Shown one piece after another: positions 58,314-64,000 of a stretch of 64,000 nt of DNA. The stretch's first letter is position 1, and the number at the start of each line of letters is the position of its first letter. Origin of the DNA: an uncultured Alphaproteobacteria bacterium (GTDB lineage: Bacteria; Pseudomonadota; Alphaproteobacteria; Dongiales; Dongiaceae); NCBI GenBank assembly GCA_963696655.1, contig CAVOLB010000051.1, forward strand, positions 11,354 through 75,353. The letters run 5' to 3'. Under the pieces are notes generated by a model, which was not told the DNA's origin, did not search any database, and was given only the letters and a program-made list of their open reading frames with translations. Made by a program: the position numbers and the translations under genes.

Positions 58314-58709
58314 TCAGGGCTTGGTCGCCAGGTCGTCGATGATCGGACAGTCCGGTCGATGGTCGCCATGGCAATGGCGCGCCAGATGGTCGAGCGTGCG
58401 CCGCATGGCCTCGAGCTCGGCGATCTTCTCGTCGAGCTCCTCGATATGGCGCAGGGCCAGCGATTTGACCTCCGCGCTGGCGCGTTTGCGGTCCCGCCAG
58501 AGCTGCAGCAGCTTGGCGGTCTGCTCCAGCGAAAACCCCAGATGGCGTGAGCGCCGGACGAAACTCAGGGTGTGGACGTCGTTGTCGGTGTAATGCCGGT
58601 AGCCGGCCTCGGAGCGGGCCGAGGGGCGGACCAGCCCGATCGCGTCATAATGCCGGATCATCTTGGCCGAGATGCCGCTTTCCCGGGCGGCTTCGCCGAT
58701 CGTCTTCAT
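58314..58709 (-). CDS. cueR: Cu(I)-responsive MerR-family regulator (CueR/HmrR)
   Basis: MKTIGEAARESGISAKMIRHYDAIGL HTH and the C-terminal metal loop CHGDHRPDCPI. It starts 6 nt after copA. Confidence 0.88.
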   Translation of the reverse strand: MKTIGEAARESGISAKMIRHYDAIGLVRPSARSEAGYRHYTDNDVHTLSFVRRSRHLGFSLEQTAKLLQLWRDRKRASAEVKSLALRHIEELDEKIAELEAMRRTLDHLARHCHGDHRPDCPIIDDLATKP

Positions 58710-58715
58710 CGGATG

Positions 58716-61040
58716 TTACTCCTCGATATCGGGGCGCCAGCGGCCCAGCAGCAACGCATTGGCGACCACGCTGACGCTGGAGAGGGCCATGGCGGCACCT
58801 GCGGCGACGGGCCCCAGCAGACCGAAGGCTGCCAGCGGAATGCCCAGCAGATTGTAGACGAAGGCCCAGAACAGGTTTTGTCTGATCTTCGCGTAAGTTC
58901 GCCGTGACAGGGCGATGGCGGCGACCGCGAGGCGCGGATCGCCTCGCATCAGGGTGATGCCGGCGGCGTTGAGCGCGATATCGCTGCCGCTCGCCATGGC
59001 GAAGCCGATATCGGCCGCCGCCAGGGCCGGCGCATCGTTGATGCCGTCACCCACCATCGCCACGACGCGACGCGGCCCCTTGAGGCGCGCGAGGGCAGCG
59101 ACCTTGTCGGCGGGCAGCAGCTCGGCCTCGACCTGGCCGATCCCGATGGCCTGCGCCACCGCCTGGGCCGCCGCTTCATTGTCGCCGGTCAGCATGACGC
59201 TTTGAATGCCGGCGCGCGTCAGCGCGGTTACCGCGTCGCGGGCCTCGGGCCGGATGGGATCGGCGAATCCCAGCGCGCCGATGAGCGTCGCCGGCCGGCC
59301 GGCGGCCGCGGCCCGAGCCAGATAGGAAAGACTGCGGCCGGGCGCATCGACGCGCGCCGCGATCCGCTCGAGCGTTCTCTCGTCGATGCCGCTTTCCTTC
59401 ATCAGGCGCCGGCTGCCCAGCAGCAAGGCCTGGCCCTGGACCTTGCCCGCCACACCGCGACCGGGGAGGGCCTGAACCTGCTCGGCCGGCGGCAAGGGGA
59501 GTTGCCGGGAGCGCGCGGCCGCGGTCACCGCCCGCGCGAGAGGATGCTGGCTCGCGGCCTGCAGCGCCGCGGCGAGGCGCAGCAGCGAGGTCTCGTCGCC
59601 CTCGAACGACGCCAGGGCCGCCAGCTCCGGGTGGCCTTCGGTCAGCGTGCCGGTCTTGTCGAAAGCGACGGTGGTGACGGCGTGGGCCCGTTCCAACGCT
59701 TCGCCGTCGCGGATCAGGATGCCGTGGCGCGCGCCGACGCCGGAGCCCACCACCACGGCCGTCGGCGTCGCCAGGCCCAAGGCGCAGGGGCAGGCGATGA
59801 CCAGCACCGTCACCGCATTGACGATGCCGGCGACCGGATCGCCGGCGCCCAGCCACCAGCCGAAGAAAGTGACGATGCCGACCGCCAGCACGATGGGAAC
59901 GAAAACCGCGCTGACGCGGTCGACCAGGCGCTCGATCGGCGCCTTGCCGGCCTCGGCGGATTCGACCAGCCGGATGATGCGGGCGAGAAGCGTGTCGGCG
60001 CCGATGCGGAGGGTCTCGACCAGCAGCACGCCCTCGCCATTGATGGCGCCGGTCGCGACCTCGTCGCCCGGATGCCGCTCGACCGGCAGGCTCTCTCCGG
60101 TCAGGAGCGATTGATCGAGGCTGCTGGCCCCTTCGACGATCCGGCCGTCGACGGGAACCTGCTCGCCCGGACGGATCTGCACGCGGTCGCCCGGCCGGAT
60201 CTCGGCCGCCGGCAGCTCCACGAAGGCACCGCCGCGCCAGACGCGCGCGGTCTCGGGCCGCAGCGCCGTCAACGCCCGGATGGCGGCGAGCGTGCGCCGC
60301 TTGGCCCGGCTCTCGAGCCATTTGCCGAGCCGCACCAGCGTCACGACCAGGGCGGACGCCTCGAAATAGAGATGCGGCGTCATGCCCGCGGGCGCCGTCG
60401 CCATCAGATAGAGACTGAGCCCGAAGGCAGCGCTGCTGCCGATCGAGACCAGCAGATCCATATTGCCGGTGCAGGCCTTGAGCGCGCGCCAGGCGGCGCC
60501 ATAGAAGCGCGCACCGAGCCCGAACTGGATGGGCGCGGCCAGCAGCAACTGGATCCAGCCCGGCATCATCGCGTGCTGGCCGAAGAGCTGCAGCCCCATC
60601 TGCACCAGGAAGGGCAGGCAGGCGAGCCCGGCGAGGGCGAGCTTGATGCGTTCGGCGCTGTCTTGCGGGGGCTGTGCTGCCCGGGGGTGGGCAACATCGA
60701 TCAACCGCGCCTGATAGCCGGCATCGGTCACGGCATCGATCAGCGACTCCGGTCGGGGTGCCTGTCCGGCCGCGAACCGGACCCGGGCATGCTCGCTTGC
60801 GAGGTTGACCTCGGCCTTGATCACGCCCGGGACCGCCCTGAGGGCGCGTTCGACCCGGCCGGCACAGGTTGCGCAGCTCATGCCGCCGATCTCGAGGGCG
60901 ACCTCGCCGCCCTCGGCCGGGCCGCGGTCGGCCTTATTTTCTTCATATTTTTCAAATAACTGAGATTTTCCCGGGGCGAGCGCGACGGGACCCAGGGCGG
61001 TCAGGGCGAGCTTGGACGGGAGCGGCGGGTCGGTTTCCAT
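58716..61040 (-). CDS. copA: copper-translocating P1B-type ATPase
   Basis: HMA motif GMSCATCAGRVE, plus CPCALGLATP, DKTGTLT, MLTGDN and GDGINDAPAL. The start is set at ATG 61040 because the CueR-type promoter lies at 61047-61078. Confidence 0.88.
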   Translation of the reverse strand: METDPPLPSKLALTALGPVALAPGKSQLFEKYEENKADRGPAEGGEVALEIGGMSCATCAGRVERALRAVPGVIKAEVNLASEHARVRFAAGQAPRPESLIDAVTDAGYQARLIDVAHPRAAQPPQDSAERIKLALAGLACLPFLVQMGLQLFGQHAMMPGWIQLLLAAPIQFGLGARFYGAAWRALKACTGNMDLLVSIGSSAAFGLSLYLMATAPAGMTPHLYFEASALVVTLVRLGKWLESRAKRRTLAAIRALTALRPETARVWRGGAFVELPAAEIRPGDRVQIRPGEQVPVDGRIVEGASSLDQSLLTGESLPVERHPGDEVATGAINGEGVLLVETLRIGADTLLARIIRLVESAEAGKAPIERLVDRVSAVFVPIVLAVGIVTFFGWWLGAGDPVAGIVNAVTVLVIACPCALGLATPTAVVVGSGVGARHGILIRDGEALERAHAVTTVAFDKTGTLTEGHPELAALASFEGDETSLLRLAAALQAASQHPLARAVTAAARSRQLPLPPAEQVQALPGRGVAGKVQGQALLLGSRRLMKESGIDERTLERIAARVDAPGRSLSYLARAAAAGRPATLIGALGFADPIRPEARDAVTALTRAGIQSVMLTGDNEAAAQAVAQAIGIGQVEAELLPADKVAALARLKGPRRVVAMVGDGINDAPALAAADIGFAMASGSDIALNAAGITLMRGDPRLAVAAIALSRRTYAKIRQNLFWAFVYNLLGIPLAAFGLLGPVAAGAAMALSSVSVVANALLLGRWRPDIEE

Positions 61041-61046
61041 GCTGCT

Positions 61047-61078
61047 ACAGATGAGGGTTCCCATGATGGGAAGGTCAA
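61047..61078 (-). promoter_or_regulatory. CueR/MerR-type promoter of copA (-35 TTGACC, long spacer carrying a perfect dyad)
   Basis: The minus strand reads TTGACC-TTCCCATCATGGGAA-CCCT-CATCTG(T). The spacer is about 19 bp and the dyad TTCCCAT(C)ATGGGAA lies at 61058-61072. Confidence 0.65.
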
Positions 61079-61173
61079 GGCCGCGCTGCCGGCATGGCCG
61101 GGTTGTGACCCCGGTGGCTTGACCCATTGGTTCATTCGGCCGACAGATTGAAGCGGGGAAAGGGAGTGTTGCG

Positions 61174-61374
61174 ATGCGATTCCGAGTTTCCGGCATGAGT
61201 TGCGAGGGTTGTGCCCAGGCGGTGACGCGGGCGATCCGGAAAGCGGCACCGGATGCCAAGGTCGATGTCGATCTGGCCAGCGGCGAAGTGACGGTCGACG
61301 GCCGCGTCGCCGAATGCGCCGTGGCCGCCGCGATTCAGAAGGCCGGCTACACGAATGAGGGGCGGCTGGATTAA
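61174..61374 (+). CDS. copZ: heavy-metal-associated (HMA) domain copper chaperone
   Basis: MRFRVSGMSCEGCAQAVTRAI... carries the MxCxxC motif, in a 66-aa ferredoxin-like fold. Confidence 0.85.
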   Translation: MRFRVSGMSCEGCAQAVTRAIRKAAPDAKVDVDLASGEVTVDGRVAECAVAAAIQKAGYTNEGRLD

Positions 61375-61425
61375 CGCTCCGCCGTCATGCCGGCCTTCGA
61401 GCTTGTGAAGAAATCGAACATGTAT

Positions 61426-61556
61426 CCCCTCCCCCTTGATGGGGGAGGGTAGGGAGGGGGTGACTGACTCGGTCTCCCGAATGTATTCGGAGATTCCGTC
61501 CTGCCCTCGAGACCGAGATCCCCCCTCCCTAACCCTCCCCCACAAGGGGGGAGGGG
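61426..61556. repeat. about 130-bp composite palindromic intergenic element (REP/MITE-like, G/C-homopolymer arms)
   Basis: Nested inverted repeats: CCCTCCCCC TTGAT GGGGGAGGG; GGGTAGGGAGGGGG paired with CCCCCTCCCTAACCC; CTCGGTCTC paired with GAGACCGAG; and CCCTCCCCC ACAA(G) GGGGGAGGG. Confidence 0.75.
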
Positions 61557-61827
61557 ATTGTTTCTTCAGCCCTTCAATTCTTTCACACGCTCCTTCGCCG
61601 GGGTGACGAAAGACATGCGTTGCCAGCCTGCGCATTGACTAATCCCACCTTCACGATCGATCAGCCAGACCTGACCGAGAGTCCAACACCCGCATCGGAT
61701 CGGCCGTCGGCCGTTGCCGGTTGCGTGGGCGCTTCCTACACTCTGGCGCCGGTCGGGGAGTCGGGAGACGCTCCAGGCGGGCGCTCCGGCCCTTCGGGTC
61801 CCTTTGCCAACGATCGAGACCCCGCCC

Positions 61828-63573
61828 ATGACGCCCTCCGACCCGAAGACCTCGACCGCGACCTCGCCCGCGGCCCGAACGCACGGATCCAACAGTCCCG
61901 CCAACGCCGCCTTCGTCTATGCCGGGGGCAATTACAGCACGGCCCAGCACAAGCTGATGGGCCGCATGTCGGCCAGCGAGAATTTCCTCAAGGGCTTCGC
62001 GCGCCATAGCGGCGTCGACCGGTTCTATTGCTATGCCATGCGCCAGCAGGATCTCGAGGACTTCACGCGCCGCGTCCAGGAGATCGCGGGCGCCGACAAG
62101 CCGGTGACGCTGGTGCCGCCGCTCGATCTCGCGGTCGTCGGCGAGCCTGGCTGCCTCTACCGGCCGGGACCCAATATCGGCTATTTCGCCTGGCAGCGGC
62201 GCGTCGCCGACCAGCGCCGTTTCAGCGTCTGCGGCGTCACCCACACCACGGCCGAGCATGTGGTGATGGACGGCATCGCCGAGGCGGTCGCGGGTCCCAC
62301 CCAGGCGTGGGACGCGCTGGTCTGCACCTCGACCCAGGTGCGGACGATGGTCGAGCGGCTGGTCGATCAATGGAGCCACTATCTGAGCCGGCGCTTCGGC
62401 AGCAAGGACGTGCGGGCTCCCTTCAAGCTGCCGATGATTCCGCTGGGGGTCGATTGCGAAGGCTTTGCGCCGACGCCGCAGCGCCAGCGCGACGGCCAGG
62501 CGCTTCGCCAGAAGCTCGGCATCGCGCCCGAGGACGTCGTCGTCCTCTTCGTCGGCCGGCTCACCCATGTCGAGAAGGCCAACCCGCTGCCGATGTATCT
62601 GGCGCTGGAAGCGGCTGCGAGGCGCACCAAGAAGAAGCTGCATCTGCTGCAGGCCGGCTGGTACGCCTCGCCGGAGATCGAGAAGATCTTCGTCGAGTCC
62701 GCGCAGCGCCTGATGCCCTCGGTGCGCTATCATCATGTGGATGCGCGCGAGCCCGAATATCGCTGGAGCGCCTGGTATGCGGGCGACATCTTCACCTCGC
62801 TCTCCGACAACATCCAGGAGACCTTCGGCCTGACGCCGATCGAGGCGCAAGCCGCGGGGCTGCCGGTCGTGGTCAGCGACTGGGACGGCTACCGCGACAC
62901 GGTTGTCGATGGCGAGGTCGGTTTCGCCGCACCGACCTTCATGCCGCCGCCGGGAACGGGCGCCGATCTCGGGCTGCGCTATGCCATGGCGGTCGACAGC
63001 TATGGCCGCTACTGCATGACGACGGCGCAGAGCATCTCGGTCGATGTCGAGTTCTGCGCCCGGTCTTATCTGAAGCTGATCGAGGACCCGGCGCTGCGAA
63101 AGCGCATGGGGGCCGCCGGGCTGGCGAACGCGCAATCGAAGTTCGACTGGCGCGTGGTGGTCGGCGCATATCAGACCCTGTGGCAGGAGCTGGCCGAGCT
63201 GCGCCGCGGCGCCCCGGAATCCGTGGTGCCGGAGGCCGACCGGCCGGCCCATCCCTTGCGCGACGATCCCTTCAGCCTGTTTTCTTCTTATCCGACGGGC
63301 TTCGTCGACGGCGATACGATCGCGACCGCCGCTGCCGGCGGCAACCGGCAGCATCTGGCGGAACTGCGGACCATCCCGCTCGCCAATCTGATGCCGAGCC
63401 TGCTGCTGCCCGAGCCGGAGCTGGTGAAGCTGCTGGAGCGGGTCGCGAAATCGCCCGCGTCGGTCGAGACGCTGCTCGCCGCCGCGCCGGAACCCCGTCG
63501 CAACCAGGCCCGCCGCAGCCTGGGCTGGCTCGCCAAGATCGGACTGGTCCGCTTCTCCAAGCCTTCGGCGTGA
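61828..63573 (+). CDS. GT4-family (GT-B) glycosyltransferase with a long N-terminal extension
   Basis: C-terminal GT4 signature FGLTPIEAQAAGLPVVVSDWDGYRDTVVDGEVGF. ATG at 61828. Confidence 0.75.
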   Translation: MTPSDPKTSTATSPAARTHGSNSPANAAFVYAGGNYSTAQHKLMGRMSASENFLKGFARHSGVDRFYCYAMRQQDLEDFTRRVQEIAGADKPVTLVPPLDLAVVGEPGCLYRPGPNIGYFAWQRRVADQRRFSVCGVTHTTAEHVVMDGIAEAVAGPTQAWDALVCTSTQVRTMVERLVDQWSHYLSRRFGSKDVRAPFKLPMIPLGVDCEGFAPTPQRQRDGQALRQKLGIAPEDVVVLFVGRLTHVEKANPLPMYLALEAAARRTKKKLHLLQAGWYASPEIEKIFVESAQRLMPSVRYHHVDAREPEYRWSAWYAGDIFTSLSDNIQETFGLTPIEAQAAGLPVVVSDWDGYRDTVVDGEVGFAAPTFMPPPGTGADLGLRYAMAVDSYGRYCMTTAQSISVDVEFCARSYLKLIEDPALRKRMGAAGLANAQSKFDWRVVVGAYQTLWQELAELRRGAPESVVPEADRPAHPLRDDPFSLFSSYPTGFVDGDTIATAAAGGNRQHLAELRTIPLANLMPSLLLPEPELVKLLERVAKSPASVETLLAAAPEPRRNQARRSLGWLAKIGLVRFSKPSA

Positions 63574-63766
63574 TTCCGCCGCCGCCATGCAGGGCCGCGA
63601 GGGGAAACCAAGGCGGGCGGGCGCGGGTTCCCATCGTCCCGGGCTGCAGTCGGCCGGATGCCTCGCGGAAGCGGCATTTTTGTCTTCCCGTCATTCGAGC
63701 AGATTGCGTATCCTTCGCACGGAATGGTCGCCGAGTGGGCTTTCGTCGATTTGACAGGAGATGCGG

Positions 63767-64000
63767 ATGGCGTCCGAGCCATTGCGGCTCAATATCGGTG
63801 GGATCGAGCCGCGTCCTGGATGGAAAATACTGAACATCTCCCCAGGTCCCCATGTGGACTATGTCGGCGACTGCACCGATCTGTCGCAATTTGCGACCGG
63901 GACCGTAGAGACGGTCTATGCCTCTCATGTGTTCGAGCATCTCGCCATCGTGGAATTCGCCAAGGTGCTCGCCGAGGTTCGCCGAATCCTTCAAGCGGGA
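63767..64000 (+). CDS. class I SAM-dependent methyltransferase, 3'-truncated by window edge
   Basis: My own translation is MASEPLRLNIGGIEPRPGWKILNISPGPHVDYVGDCTDLSQFATGTVETVYASHVFEHL..., open to the window end. AGGAG lies 6 nt before the ATG. Confidence 0.6.
   Translation, partial: MASEPLRLNIGGIEPRPGWKILNISPGPHVDYVGDCTDLSQFATGTVETVYASHVFEHLAIVEFAKVLAEVRRILQAG

Noticed and set aside
59202-60959. 585-aa plus-strand ORF, plus similar long antisense ORFs at 3039-4160, 5553-6731, 6913-8055, 52596-54212 and 61651-63588
   Set aside because: Each lies opposite a gene with clear family motifs (copA, hydrolase, MFS, NHase, ligase, GT4). They are composition-driven open frames.
61132-61635. 167-aa minus-strand ORF spanning the palindromic element
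   Set aside because: It is created by the G/C-rich REP-like repeat (PPPLWGRVREGG-type translation) and overlaps copZ in antisense. Not a gene.
1-64000. CRISPR arrays, rRNA genes and additional tRNAs
   Set aside because: Scanning by eye found no regularly spaced short repeats and no rRNA-like segments. The only tRNA-like cloverleaf I could fold is selC.

Overview
High-GC (about 65-70%) chromosomal segment, by gene content most likely from an alphaproteobacterium of the Hyphomicrobiales/Rhizobiales type (inference). I found no rRNA, CRISPR array, transposase or integrase. Main blocks, in order: (1) housekeeping genes (SDR, xthA, a UdgX-type glycosylase, MFS). (2) A three-ORF nitrile-hydratase-family cluster whose beta subunit is split and flanks the alpha subunit. 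(3) A selenium island: selD, Sec-containing fdnGHI, fdhE, selA, a nested Sel1-repeat gene, selB and tRNA-Sec. (4) A back-to-back arsenic island: arsR-arsC-acr3-arsR-flavoprotein-MFS diverging from aioXSR-aioBA-cytC-moaA. (5) A lipid-enzyme locus: a two-HKD PLD-like protein, then a small membrane protein followed by a phospholipase-C-family enzyme with an unusual Cys/Trp 11-residue-repeat N-terminus. (6) The hopanoid side-chain operon hpnIJKL. (7) araC overlapping an orphan form-II CoxL-like gene. (8) A class-II Fic gene bracketed by ~60-bp direct repeats, next to a low-GC orphan ORF. (9) Acyl-CoA genes, an LtaS-like sulfatase and an HpnA-like epimerase. (10) copA-cueR/copZ with a CueR-type promoter, a large palindromic REP-like element, a GT4 glycosyltransferase and a truncated methyltransferase. 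The many long antisense ORFs in the track are high-GC shadow ORFs. The most unusual items are the Cys/Trp-repeat PLC locus, the repeat-flanked Fic cassette, the permuted split-beta NHase cluster and the selA-SLR-selB-selC arrangement, where the selB ORF reads through the tRNA-Sec gene.
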